In this document: positions 40,072 to 48,812 of the stretch, one piece after another
Layout of the letters: every line of letters starts with the position of its first letter
How positions within the stretch are numbered: the first letter of the stretch is position 1
DNA from: Shigella phage JK32
DNA length: 64,000 nt
Sequence record: MK962753.1
Strand: one strand, 5' to 3'
The notes under the pieces: generated by a model
Told to the model about the DNA's origin: nothing
Databases searched by the model: none
Seen by the model: the letters and a program-made list of their open reading frames with translations, nothing else
Position numbers and translations under genes: made by a program

Positions 40072-40106
40072 GGGAGTATCTTACTACTCCCGTTTCATCA
40101 TGTCAA
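40072..40106 (-). promoter_or_regulatory. early promoter with stem-loop (GGGAGTA/TACTCCC; minus TTGACA 40106-40101)
   Basis: Direct reading. Confidence 0.45.
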
Positions 40107-40687
40107 GCGTTAAATGACTTTTGGATCTCTTTCAGTTCAGCTACTTTATCGGCGCTGAATTTAGCGTAGGTATCATGTCGAATAATTTCACTTTCAAGAA
40201 AGGTTTCCAGACGAGATCTATTTTCAATAAGGAACTCTTTCAGGTCTTCCGCGTTCTTGATAAAGATTTTATTGTCGGTAATGTCATCTTCAATCGCAAA
40301 GGAGATAGAGCGAACTTTACCAAACAAGTTAATCAGATCTTCCAGAGATTCTTCTTTCTTAACTGGTTTCATTTCTTCAAACTGCTTTTTAGTGATTCGT
40401 TTAAAGTATTTGCGCTCGCTTGCATCAATCATGATTGACGCGCCCTCATAATCATGAGTTTCTACCAAATACACTTTACCCATAACATTAACCGTCAGAA
40501 CTTTAAAGCCCTTGTGAAGCACACCATACAGGAACTTGTTATGTTGTGGATAGCGTTTAACAAATTCCTCTGCGGACTCAGCATTACGGAAAGTGTAATA
40601 ACGACCTCGTTCAAAAACAGCATCATTTGAAGACTTAGCCGGATACAATTTATACGTTTTCTGTACCATAATATAATCCTCTATCAT
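40103..40687 (-). CDS. paralogous family protein
   Basis: FERGRYYTFRNAESAEEF; tail AEDLKEFLIENRSRL. Confidence 0.45.
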   Translation of the reverse strand: MIEDYIMVQKTYKLYPAKSSNDAVFERGRYYTFRNAESAEEFVKRYPQHNKFLYGVLHKGFKVLTVNVMGKVYLVETHDYEGASIMIDASERKYFKRITKKQFEEMKPVKKEESLEDLINLFGKVRSISFAIEDDITDNKIFIKNAEDLKEFLIENRSRLETFLESEIIRHDTYAKFSADKVAELKEIQKSFNA

Positions 40688-40956
40688 TTCACTAATTGAA
40701 CAGCACGAAACAGAATGCGGTCACACGGAAGCAGCATAAATTCCCAACGCGGTTCAAAGTCTTTAGCGGTATATGTTTTCCCATCAACCGAGATTTCACT
40801 TACATAACCAATAGGTGACACTTTAAGAACAGTAAATCCATTCTTGATGACTTCGTAGGTATCTTTCAATCCGTCGTAGTCATCCTCTAGGAAGTCTTTA
40901 CGTGCTTGCTCAGATTTAAAAACATAGGCCACACCGGATTTAAACATCTTACGCAT
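40684..40956 (-). CDS. paralogous family protein (single domain)
   Basis: Start set at MRKMFKSGVAYVFKSEQARKDF after AAGGAGAA; ORF track extends to 41016 into the promoter. Confidence 0.4.
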   Translation of the reverse strand: MRKMFKSGVAYVFKSEQARKDFLEDDYDGLKDTYEVIKNGFTVLKVSPIGYVSEISVDGKTYTAKDFEPRWEFMLLPCDRILFRAVQLVK

Positions 40957-40981
40957 TGTTGATTCTCCTTCTTGATTAGAT

Positions 40982-41016
40982 GGGAGTATTTTATTACTCC
41001 CATTTCTTATTGTCAA
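40982..41016 (-). promoter_or_regulatory. early promoter with stem-loop (GGGAGTA/TACTCCC; minus TTGACA 41016-41011)
   Basis: Direct reading. Confidence 0.45.
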
Positions 41017-41019
41017 CTA

Positions 41020-41508
41020 CTATCTTAATCTTTGTATAAATTGTTTCTTATACTTCTTCGTGATCTCTTCTCTTGTATCCGCGTCGCAGTAATCGAAACC
41101 TTCTGCGTCCATAATAGCAACCATCTCCGCGCGTGTCAAGCGTGAAAATCGTTTTACTTTATCAACAGCATATTGAGGATGTAAATGATTGTTGGTGTAG
41201 TCTCCTTTGATGTAATTAACATAGTTTGTAGCCCAAACAACGAAATCAGCACCTAAAGCACCAACACCAAACCGTTTAAAGTCTCCAGTCAACGATCCTT
41301 CTAGGCGGTTGCAACACGAATGAAGCAATCCCCTTACGCGGCCTTGCCCTTTCCCATCTAGATCGTGGTCGTGGTCAAGATGGTTTTTGCTCATATCCTC
41401 AAAAAGTGGCAATTGACAAAGGGGGCAATTGCCCCCCTGTTTTTCGAATAGTTCTTGTTTGTACTCTTTAGCACTCTTAGCAGTCAGTAACATAAATTCA
41501 CCCTCCAA
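41020..41508 (-). CDS. 49: recombination endonuclease VII (Holliday junction resolvase)
   Basis: NHLDHDHDLDGKGQGRVRGLLHSCCN matches T4 gp49 catalytic region; collinear. Confidence 0.85.
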   Translation of the reverse strand: MEGEFMLLTAKSAKEYKQELFEKQGGNCPLCQLPLFEDMSKNHLDHDHDLDGKGQGRVRGLLHSCCNRLEGSLTGDFKRFGVGALGADFVVWATNYVNYIKGDYTNNHLHPQYAVDKVKRFSRLTRAEMVAIMDAEGFDYCDADTREEITKKYKKQFIQRLR

Positions 41509-41517
41509 AGAAGGTAT

Positions 41518-41811
41518 TTAACCATTAATCTTGTTTTTGACTACAAAGGATCGGAACTCATCAAAACCACCGATATAATCACCATTATAGAAAATCTGCG
41601 GCATGGTGGCAATAACTTCTACCCCTGCGCGATCCTGAATGTCGGCAATGATAGAATCAATCTTTACCGGACGACCGTTTTCGTCCACACCATCATTAAC
41701 CGGAATGTAGATGTAAGGGATCTTACGCGCTTCACAAAGGCGCTTTGCATTCTGGCAATACTTACAGTTGTAACCTTCAAAACCAAAAATTTCTACCATG
41801 TTATACCTCAA
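41518..41811 (-). CDS. nrdC: glutaredoxin/thioredoxin (NrdC-like)
   Basis: CKYCQNAKRL redox site and TMPQIFYNGDYIGGFDEF resemble T4 NrdC. Confidence 0.7.
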   Translation of the reverse strand: MRYNMVEIFGFEGYNCKYCQNAKRLCEARKIPYIYIPVNDGVDENGRPVKIDSIIADIQDRAGVEVIATMPQIFYNGDYIGGFDEFRSFVVKNKING

Positions 41812-42620
41812 TCTACGTTAGTTACATAAACTTCTTGTGTATCAGAAGACTTGCCACCTGAACGATCTAGACAATAGGTCTTATTCAACAGGACGCAGTT
41901 TAGATCATTCCGCTTGATAAAGTCAAGAAGATGATCATTTACCTTTCCCTTATGATGTGTGACATTACTGATACCAAACTGAAAACCACGCGCCATAATA
42001 GATTCTACCCACTGATAGAATTTAATCTCTTCCTCGTCACTCCAGAACTTATTATATTCCGCAGAAGTGATAAGGTACGGCGGGTCCAAATAAACGAAAT
42101 CACCTGGCAAGATCTCGATCTCGTCATATCGTCCAGAAGTAAAATTGATTCGACCGTCTTTGTTTTCATACTTAAAATTCAGGACACGCTCTACCGCGTT
42201 TTCGTTAAAAGTCCGGCGACCAAAATTAGCATTAAATTCACCCTTCCGGTTATGTCGGTTAATGTTGCTAAAACTGTGCTGAATCAGAACAAACAGAGAT
42301 AGCGGATCTGGATTCTCGTTATACTTCTTGCGGAATGCCATATAAGAATCTTTATCATCACGAGACAGACCATTCTCGGCAATAATACGCTTGATTGTCG
42401 AAACCGGATCAGGACACTCGTCAATCGCTTTGTAAGCGTCAATTAAGCGGTGATCATAGTCATTAGCCAGCACATCACCTTCAACATACAGAGACACGCT
42501 CAAACCGCCACAAAAGGCATCGACAAAGCGGTTATAGTGCTTAGGGAAATACTTACTGACACCAGGCAATAACTTTTCCTTATTGCCAGTATAGGGAATT
42601 AAACCTAATGCTTTCTTCAT
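41808..42620 (-). CDS. dam: DNA adenine methyltransferase (Dam, N6-A)
   Basis: FVDAFCGGLSV and DFVYLDPPYL motifs; collinear with T4 Dam. Confidence 0.85.
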   Translation of the reverse strand: MKKALGLIPYTGNKEKLLPGVSKYFPKHYNRFVDAFCGGLSVSLYVEGDVLANDYDHRLIDAYKAIDECPDPVSTIKRIIAENGLSRDDKDSYMAFRKKYNENPDPLSLFVLIQHSFSNINRHNRKGEFNANFGRRTFNENAVERVLNFKYENKDGRINFTSGRYDEIEILPGDFVYLDPPYLITSAEYNKFWSDEEEIKFYQWVESIMARGFQFGISNVTHHKGKVNDHLLDFIKRNDLNCVLLNKTYCLDRSGGKSSDTQEVYVTNVD

Positions 42621-43051
42621 TATCCCTTCCTCAAATAAGTTCTTTCGGTTTCTACCAGTTCGAAAAATTCATCCCAATCACACGGAAAGTTGCAGTTTCC
42701 AAAATGGTCTTCGTTATAGAGTTCTTTACCGGATGGCAGCTTAATATCTGTTACAGTATACCAACCGCAACAATCGCAATCACCCTCAGCAACAGAAACC
42801 TTCGTAGGAATTTGCATCATTGCCAGATAGGTCGGTACGTCAGACTGTTCAAAGATCATGTAACCTTCATGGTCAAACGAGACAAAATTGTCATCACCCA
42901 AAAAAGGAATGTAATGGTCATAATCGGTTACAGGTTGACCGTGCAATTCCCACTCTACAATTTTAACATTACCGCTAAACTTGATACCCATAATTTCAAC
43001 AAGAAAATGAGTATCGTCAATGTAAATCTTACTAGGGGTTGGATAAACCAT
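42620..43051 (-). CDS. hypothetical protein
   Basis: 143-aa ORF. Confidence 0.35.
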   Translation of the reverse strand: MVYPTPSKIYIDDTHFLVEIMGIKFSGNVKIVEWELHGQPVTDYDHYIPFLGDDNFVSFDHEGYMIFEQSDVPTYLAMMQIPTKVSVAEGDCDCCGWYTVTDIKLPSGKELYNEDHFGNCNFPCDWDEFFELVETERTYLRKG

Positions 43052-43061
43052 TATATAATCC

Positions 43062-43358
43062 TCATATATCAGAGAATAGAATCTCTGTTAGCTTCACTGA
43101 CTGCTCTCTGAATGTTAGCGTATACTCGAAAGGAAAGTCAACACCTAATTTCAGAAGAGAATAGCCTACCGCCTCTTTATGCTTATCGGTTAGGGCAATC
43201 CTAACCAATTCCCGTTGAATCTCTTTAGGCGGTGAATGGATAGTAACACGGGTATCATGCAATGTCCAGTCACCATTTCGAATTAAGATTAACGGTTTAT
43301 CATCATTGAAGATCACCGACCCCTTTCCGGTCGGTGAGTGTTTTATACTAATCATCAA
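43062..43358 (-). CDS. hypothetical protein
   Basis: 98-aa ORF. Confidence 0.35.
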   Translation of the reverse strand: MMISIKHSPTGKGSVIFNDDKPLILIRNGDWTLHDTRVTIHSPPKEIQRELVRIALTDKHKEAVGYSLLKLGVDFPFEYTLTFREQSVKLTEILFSDI

Positions 43359-43569
43359 ATTCTAAGAAATATTCTGGAACGATATACCCGTTAAAGTCAT
43401 TGCACTTATAAAAATGTGGTGCATTCAATGCTGGATGAGCGTTTGTAAACCGCACGTCAGCCAGAAACAGAACGTAATTAACAGGTCTGATACCGACAGA
43501 ATCAGGATCTAATCCCTTTTCTCTCAGTTCAGCCAGCGTTAAAACTCGTCCAGATCGTAACTTAGCCAT
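43348..43569 (-). CDS. hypothetical protein
   Basis: 73-aa ORF. Confidence 0.3.
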   Translation of the reverse strand: MAKLRSGRVLTLAELREKGLDPDSVGIRPVNYVLFLADVRFTNAHPALNAPHFYKCNDFNGYIVPEYFLEFDD

Positions 43570-43855
43570 GATTTACCCCCAATTCATCAAGATTATGTCG
43601 CAGCATTTCAGAGTATTTTTCTACTTCCTTGATCTTAGTGTGGATCTCCACGATCTCATCTTCACTATCAGAAAGTTTAATGGCAATAGGGGTGCTGCTT
43701 TTACCCGCCTTGATCGCTTCTTTCAGTTCAACCAACATGTCCGCGTGTTTCAATAGTAATTCTTCACGTCGAACATAAGCGACGGTCAAAGCCTCATCAG
43801 CGATTTCTAAAGCATTTTCAGCGACACCAACAACCATTTTACGAGTAGACAGCAT
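43562..43855 (-). CDS. hypothetical protein
   Basis: 97-aa ORF. Confidence 0.35.
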   Translation of the reverse strand: MLSTRKMVVGVAENALEIADEALTVAYVRREELLLKHADMLVELKEAIKAGKSSTPIAIKLSDSEDEIVEIHTKIKEVEKYSEMLRHNLDELGVNHG

Positions 43856-43869
43856 AAATTCACCTCACA

Positions 43870-44178
43870 TTATTTCACGTTAACGCCGTCATCAATCCAG
43901 CCGACGCTATTTGGTTTAACAGTTTTACCATAGGATGCATACTTAATCAAGCATGGTTTAACATCATTATCAAATCTTCCTAAACGTACTCCAAAATCAG
44001 GAATATCCATGTATGCGGCTTTATATCCCCATGTGCCATATTCAGAATCAATCTCAACCGGACGGCCTTTAAAAGCATACACTACACCGTGACGGTCAAC
44101 GATAACATAGCAATAGCCAGCCGGAAGATACACAGTTTCGCCGTAAACTTTAACTGGAGTAGCAGAAGAGATAAACAT
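43870..44178 (-). CDS. hypothetical protein
   Basis: Start set at MFISSATPV after GAGG; ORF track extends to 44214. Confidence 0.35.
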   Translation of the reverse strand: MFISSATPVKVYGETVYLPAGYCYVIVDRHGVVYAFKGRPVEIDSEYGTWGYKAAYMDIPDFGVRLGRFDNDVKPCLIKYASYGKTVKPNSVGWIDDGVNVK

Positions 44179-44204
44179 AATATAATCCTCACATCGTTCA
44201 TTTG

Positions 44205-44241
44205 ATGCGGTCATTATATGATAACCGCATTTTCATGTCAA
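44205..44241 (-). promoter_or_regulatory. early promoter with stem-loop (ATGCGGT/ACCGCAT spanning TATAAT; minus TTGACA 44241-44236)
   Basis: Direct reading, 17-nt spacer. Confidence 0.5.
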
Positions 44242-44247
44242 CAGTTT

Positions 44248-44622
44248 TTAAAAATCTTCTTCCGGTTTATATCGACCGTCATCGACTGGTTTTGGACTGA
44301 ATCCGGTATGTGTTCGCGGTTTAGCTTCCGGTTTGCCAGCAATCATCAAACCAAAACATTTCAATCCTTTATAGCACATAACAATATTAACCACTGTCCA
44401 CGTTATAGGCCATACGATTGCAGCAATACAAAATGCTCCTGTATCGACCTCTTTGGTGTCCTTGTCGAATCTGGCGTACAAGCAGAATACTAGATACGAG
44501 ATCATTGCACCCGTAGGCCAGATATAAAGCACATTAACAATATCTTGTGTTGTCACGTTATCCTCCTTACATGTCTTGCAGTGCATAAAAGCATTTTTCT
44601 TCGTAGTCATAGAAAATGTCAA
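44248..44622 (-). CDS. membrane protein (several hydrophobic helices)
   Basis: 124-aa hydrophobic ORF. Confidence 0.4.
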   Translation of the reverse strand: MTFSMTTKKNAFMHCKTCKEDNVTTQDIVNVLYIWPTGAMISYLVFCLYARFDKDTKEVDTGAFCIAAIVWPITWTVVNIVMCYKGLKCFGLMIAGKPEAKPRTHTGFSPKPVDDGRYKPEEDF

Positions 44623-44845
44623 AGTATGCTTTTTCTACATACTCGCCATTGATCCAAGCGGCAGTAACAATCAGAGTGGTCCAGTTAGATCCGCTCTCAA
44701 CGGTAAAGGTTTTAATACCCAGCTTCGCTGCTAAGTCGAACGCAAACCGGACGCAACCACGGCAGGAAGTGATATTGGAAGTTTTGATTTTAAAGCCACC
44801 GCGAGTTTTAGAAATTTCTACTTTAGCGAAAGACAGGTTGCTCAT
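44567..44845 (-). CDS. hypothetical protein
   Basis: 92-aa ORF after promoter cassette. Confidence 0.35.
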   Translation of the reverse strand: MSNLSFAKVEISKTRGGFKIKTSNITSCRGCVRFAFDLAAKLGIKTFTVESGSNWTTLIVTAAWINGEYVEKAYFDIFYDYEEKCFYALQDM

Positions 44846-44887
44846 TTTGATTCTCCTTAAGAAAGTGTGTTTCGTTTTGATGTGTGT

Positions 44888-44916
44888 AGTATAGGGGATC
44901 GGTGATCCCCTGTCAA
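44888..44916 (-). promoter_or_regulatory. early sigma70-like promoter (minus TTGACA 44916-44911, TATACT 44893-44888; hairpin GGGGATC/GATCCCC in spacer)
   Basis: Direct reading. Confidence 0.45.
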
Positions 44917-44925
44917 CAACTTTTT

Positions 44926-45255
44926 TTATGAGTTTAGTGAATTAACTACTACATCAAAATGATGTACAGAGTACACCTTATTAAACACATACTCATCGTG
45001 TTTAGGAATAGCCCCTAATCGCTCTATTTCGCTCGCTAACACGATAAACCGTTTATCCGGTGCATTTACCTTATATGCTTCAACAACGCACGGGAAACGC
45101 GTTTCAGAGAGTTCTGGATAGTTTTCTGAATCCATCAGGACAATGAATACCCTGTTACATTGATTGTAGAATCCTGTTTTTGATTTCATCAAGTTTTCTT
45201 CTCTGTACAATTCGTGCAATCTTCCTTTCATGATTTCGTTGGTTCTTGTCTTCAC
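44926..45255 (-). CDS. hypothetical protein
   Basis: 109-aa ORF; overlaps next ORF by about 100 nt so start uncertain. Confidence 0.3.
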   Translation of the reverse strand: MKTRTNEIMKGRLHELYREENLMKSKTGFYNQCNRVFIVLMDSENYPELSETRFPCVVEAYKVNAPDKRFIVLASEIERLGAIPKHDEYVFNKVYSVHHFDVVVNSLNS

Positions 45256-45496
45256 AGTTTACCCACTCAACAAGATCTTTACCTAACTCGAAAGCCCATT
45301 CTCGGTCTTGCTTTACGTTTTGTAGGTATGGACTTTCTGACACTCTACGAAGTGATGTTGTCGTAACAAGAATGATCCCCGGAATGGTCGGATGTTCCTT
45401 TCCATATACAATAGGACGCGAGTCACTATCAATACCTTGTAAGAAGGTGTATCCTGAATCACTTAGAATCATATACTTTTTCATTTCACACATCAC
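45155..45496 (-). CDS. hypothetical protein
   Basis: 113-aa ORF. Confidence 0.3.
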   Translation of the reverse strand: MMCEMKKYMILSDSGYTFLQGIDSDSRPIVYGKEHPTIPGIILVTTTSLRRVSESPYLQNVKQDREWAFELGKDLVEWVNCEDKNQRNHERKIARIVQRRKLDEIKNRILQSM

Positions 45497-45750
45497 AGTT
45501 TCCTCAACCAGTTATTAAAGCGAGCAAACCATGATGCTTTTCGTGCTTCTTTTACTTTATGTGCACGTAAACTACTGAAACACCATTCATAATCATCACT
45601 GAAACATGATTCAACAGGAACACCCGCATTTCGTAGTTCTCTGGTCTTTATCATGAATCCTTGACATAAGGGGCGACCTTCAACAATGATAGGAAGTTTA
45701 ACTTTTTCCATGAAAGTATACCCAGCACGGTCAATAATTTCAATTTTCAT
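45493..45750 (-). CDS. hypothetical protein
   Basis: 85-aa ORF. Confidence 0.35.
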   Translation of the reverse strand: MKIEIIDRAGYTFMEKVKLPIIVEGRPLCQGFMIKTRELRNAGVPVESCFSDDYEWCFSSLRAHKVKEARKASWFARFNNWLRKL

Positions 45751-45995
45751 TTTACATTATCTCCATAGATCTTTCCATCAATATCAATTTCACCAGCGCG
45801 AACATCTAGGATAAGATGCGGTAGGTGTATGCAGTTTTCCCACCCTACGCGCTTCATTTCTGAAACAGTGACGTAAGCCCACCCGTTCGCTGTAATAAAG
45901 TCTACTTCAACCTTGAGAGGAAAGCAAGACTTTTCTATGTCTTCGAATCCGATAATGTGTTTTGTCGTTGAATATGGAATATATCCGATGATCAT
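45747..45995 (-). CDS. hypothetical protein
   Basis: 82-aa ORF. Confidence 0.35.
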   Translation of the reverse strand: MIIGYIPYSTTKHIIGFEDIEKSCFPLKVEVDFITANGWAYVTVSEMKRVGWENCIHLPHLILDVRAGEIDIDGKIYGDNVK

Positions 45996-46453
45996 TTTGT
46001 GATCTCCTTATACTCAACACACCATAAGCGGGTAGCCCATGATAAACGCTCATAACGCTGGCAGAAATCGGACCATAGATATTGTGTACCGTCTTGCATG
46101 GTTGAAATATGCGTTTTCTCACCTACTTTCACGAAAGAAGTATTCGATTTTGTGATCTCGACCGGAGTATATCCGAAAGCTGGTTCCAAGTCAACATCTG
46201 AACTAAATGCTAATTTAACAGAATTTGTTTTTCTGACCGCTGTCCGGTTTCCTTCTGGGTATAGCACAGCAGGTTTAGCGCCTAAGCGGATAAACTCAGT
46301 GTTTTTAATGAACAGAATATCATGATAACCGTCATATTCCGACACTTCCATAGTAACAGGAAAATCGACATGTTCTAAACCTGGTAGATCTCGCATATCA
46401 TGAAATGTAGCCATCAACTTTTTCATCTTGTATTCCTCACTCTTCTGTTTCAT
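45992..46453 (-). CDS. hypothetical protein
   Basis: 153-aa ORF. Confidence 0.4.
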   Translation of the reverse strand: MKQKSEEYKMKKLMATFHDMRDLPGLEHVDFPVTMEVSEYDGYHDILFIKNTEFIRLGAKPAVLYPEGNRTAVRKTNSVKLAFSSDVDLEPAFGYTPVEITKSNTSFVKVGEKTHISTMQDGTQYLWSDFCQRYERLSWATRLWCVEYKEITK

Positions 46454-46673
46454 TTCTTTTATATGGTACTATAACAGGATTAATACAGCAAGCACCAATT
46501 ACGTTATGAGCACCACAATTTAAGCATTTATAATCATGGAACTTATTAAGGAATCGACCAAACTCATAACCGACTAGCGCCGCATGTACTTGAGTCTCGA
46601 TCTCATCCATATCAGCCAATGTTTTAACCTTCATAGTATAATCCTCAAACGGTAGTTTTGCGAAGATGGTCAT
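46437..46673 (-). CDS. hypothetical protein
   Basis: 78-aa ORF. Confidence 0.35.
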   Translation of the reverse strand: MTIFAKLPFEDYTMKVKTLADMDEIETQVHAALVGYEFGRFLNKFHDYKCLNCGAHNVIGACCINPVIVPYKRNETEE

Positions 46674-46935
46674 TACATGCTTTTAATGCATCAGTCGCGG
46701 TGTCATAGCGAGTATTATCATAGCACCAGTAACCATCGGTCAACTGATAAATCAATCCATCCCTTTTAGCTTCGATGAAAGATAACTCTTTGAAAGTTTC
46801 TACTTTCTTTGCTGATACTCCACGGTCACGGCGCTTATAGAGTTTAGCTAAAATGCGTTCAGCTTGTTCCTCTTTATCACCAGACAGATCCCAAATAATG
46901 TTGCGGATATGTTTGATTAATTGTTCAGTGGTCAT
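46645..46935 (-). CDS. hypothetical protein
   Basis: 96-aa ORF after promoter cassette. Confidence 0.35.
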   Translation of the reverse strand: MTTEQLIKHIRNIIWDLSGDKEEQAERILAKLYKRRDRGVSAKKVETFKELSFIEAKRDGLIYQLTDGYWCYDNTRYDTATDALKACNDHLRKTTV

Positions 46936-46964
46936 CTTTGATTCTCCTTAGTTGGTATGTGTGC

Positions 46965-46992
46965 ATTATAGCACTATGATTTTCATTGTCAA
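46965..46992 (-). promoter_or_regulatory. early sigma70-like promoter (minus TTGACA 46992-46987, TATAAT 46970-46965)
   Basis: Consensus hexamers, 16-nt spacer. Confidence 0.55.
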
Positions 46993-47002
46993 CAACTAAA
47001 AA

Positions 47003-47029
47003 CAAAAAAGGCTACCCCGAAGGATAGCC
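47003..47029 (-). terminator. putative rho-independent terminator after adhesin-like gene
   Basis: Imperfect GC hairpin with UUCG-type loop followed by T-run on minus strand. Confidence 0.4.
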
Positions 47030-47036
47030 CATAAAA

Positions 47037-47816
47037 TTACACGCGAGCACCGTAGATCGTGCCTACTTTATCCCAGCGAGGGGCATTGCCAGTAACAGCC
47101 TTACCAGCCGCTCCGCCATTATATTCCGACCCCTGTCCACGGATATTACATTTACCACCAGCACCACCAGCATCACCACCGTTACCGCCATTATATACAC
47201 CGTTGACAGACCCCTTACCTGGCGCGGAAATAGTACCAGCAGTAGCACCCCGTTCCATATTAGCAGACCCACCGGCAGCACCAAATGGACGACCGCCACC
47301 TCCACCAAAAGTCAATTTCATTTGTGAAAAAGGAGAATAATACCCGCCGCCACCGCCGCCACCACCGCCGCAAATAGCGCCGTTATTTGTGATGCGTAAG
47401 CGTGTGCCTATACCGTTGTTAATTGCATTACCACCAGCACCACCAGCGGAGTTATTGCCACCATTACCACCACGCCCCCAAACATGAACACCTGCGTTAA
47501 TGATCAATGTTACATATTCGTTTGTTAACGAGCTAGGGAAGTCAAGACAAGGAACGCCAGTAGATTGGGAAACAATATTACCTGTGATAGTAATTACTAC
47601 CGGAGTAGATCCTTGTGCTTTCATCCAGTTAATAAGAGTGTCTTTATTGTAAGAGTTACTAGCGCCAATGCTATAATGAATCTCTTTAGAGCGTCCGACC
47701 ATCGCCGACATATACGCCGGACGACCTAAGCGAACAGCTTGCATTGCGGCGCTCATCCACCGTTGACCAGTCTCGGACACAGCCGATGATCCGACCCAAC
47801 CTGCTTTAATTGCCAT
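47037..47816 (-). CDS. glycine-rich protein resembling T2-type gp38 tail-fibre adhesin
   Basis: 259-aa ORF; N-terminus MAIKAGWVGSSAVSETGQRWMS and repeated glycine-rich motifs (GRGGNGGNNSAGGAGGNA, GGGGGGGGGY, FGGGGGRPFGAAGG) recalled as typical of T2/T6 gp38. Confidence 0.45.
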   Translation of the reverse strand: MAIKAGWVGSSAVSETGQRWMSAAMQAVRLGRPAYMSAMVGRSKEIHYSIGASNSYNKDTLINWMKAQGSTPVVITITGNIVSQSTGVPCLDFPSSLTNEYVTLIINAGVHVWGRGGNGGNNSAGGAGGNAINNGIGTRLRITNNGAICGGGGGGGGGYYSPFSQMKLTFGGGGGRPFGAAGGSANMERGATAGTISAPGKGSVNGVYNGGNGGDAGGAGGKCNIRGQGSEYNGGAAGKAVTGNAPRWDKVGTIYGARV

Positions 47817-47870
47817 AAAGTTTCCTCACAAGAAAAGCCCCAATTAAGGGGCATTGATTAATAATATTAC

Positions 47871-48092
47871 TTAGATGACCTCTGCTTCACCATTCAGGAA
47901 GAAAGACCATGTTTTGTTAGGATAGCGAAGCGCCCATGATTCAGCAGTTTTAACACCAGCTTCGAACAATTGACGGCTGGTTACTTTAGCCATACCATCT
48001 TCGATGGCAACGTTTTCAATAATCATCGGGTACTTAGCGCCACGCATGAAACCGAAGCCAGCGGAAGATTTGATAATTTTAACAGTTGCCAT
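47871..48092 (-). CDS. hypothetical protein
   Basis: 73-aa ORF. Confidence 0.35.
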   Translation of the reverse strand: MATVKIIKSSAGFGFMRGAKYPMIIENVAIEDGMAKVTSRQLFEAGVKTAESWALRYPNKTWSFFLNGEAEVI

Positions 48093-48133
48093 TTTTGATT
48101 CTCCTAGAAAGTGTATCTCGTTTCGATGGGTGT

Positions 48134-48162
48134 ATTATGCAATAACACCGGATCGCTGTCAA
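48134..48162 (-). promoter_or_regulatory. early sigma70-like promoter (minus TTGACA 48162-48157, CATAAT 48139-48134)
   Basis: Direct reading, 17-nt spacer. Confidence 0.5.
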
Positions 48163-48180
48163 CACTTTCTAAGAAAAATT

Positions 48181-48465
48181 TTAAATTAATCGAATATAGC
48201 CCAGAATTTCAGCACTTTTAGCCAGTCCTAAAACTTCCCATTCAATGTCGCCGTAGTCATAATTTGCAACCATCAACTGACCATTTTTCATGCAGCATTC
48301 ATGAGAGAAAATTTGCCCCGCATAAACTACGATCGTAATAAACTTTCCTGATTCTGGCGGTATGGAAGACAAAGCGACCATATGACCATTCAATTTAGTC
48401 ACCAGTGATGGAACAATAAAATTCGGGCTTACCTGAATGTCGTTAAATTCGTTTGTGTCTTTCAT
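48181..48465 (-). CDS. hypothetical protein
   Basis: 94-aa ORF. Confidence 0.35.
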   Translation of the reverse strand: MKDTNEFNDIQVSPNFIVPSLVTKLNGHMVALSSIPPESGKFITIVVYAGQIFSHECCMKNGQLMVANYDYGDIEWEVLGLAKSAEILGYIRLI

Positions 48466-48812
48466 GCCAGACCTCGCAAAACACTAATAGCATAATCATG
48501 CTGGTTATTCATAATATCAATTGCATTGTGATAACGAGCTAAACCGTCAAGGATAAATTCTTGTTTATCCTGTTTTAGCTTAGTATCACGCGCAGCCATA
48601 AGAGCATCGAGAACAGGTCCAAAGTGATTATCTAATTCATCTTCGGTTGCAATGTTTCCTATTGCCTCGTCGATCCGTGATTCTAATGCTTGCTTTTCGT
48701 TGATCACTTGCTGGGTATATTCCAACACATCAAGAATATCGCGGGTAACGTCGCCATGATAAGGTATTCCCGCATGAAGATGATCAATTAATCGCTGAAT
48801 ATCAATGTTCAA
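48462..48812 (-). CDS. hypothetical protein
   Basis: 116-aa ORF. Confidence 0.35.
   Translation of the reverse strand: MNIDIQRLIDHLHAGIPYHGDVTRDILDVLEYTQQVINEKQALESRIDEAIGNIATEDELDNHFGPVLDALMAARDTKLKQDKQEFILDGLARYHNAIDIMNNQHDYAISVLRGLA

Noticed and set aside
44926-45496. Possible frameshifted or pseudogenised gene from two ORFs overlapping by about 100 nt (44926-45255 and 45155-45496)
   Set aside because: Overlap is more simply explained by an internal start for the downstream ORF; no slippery sequence recognised and no homology to decide
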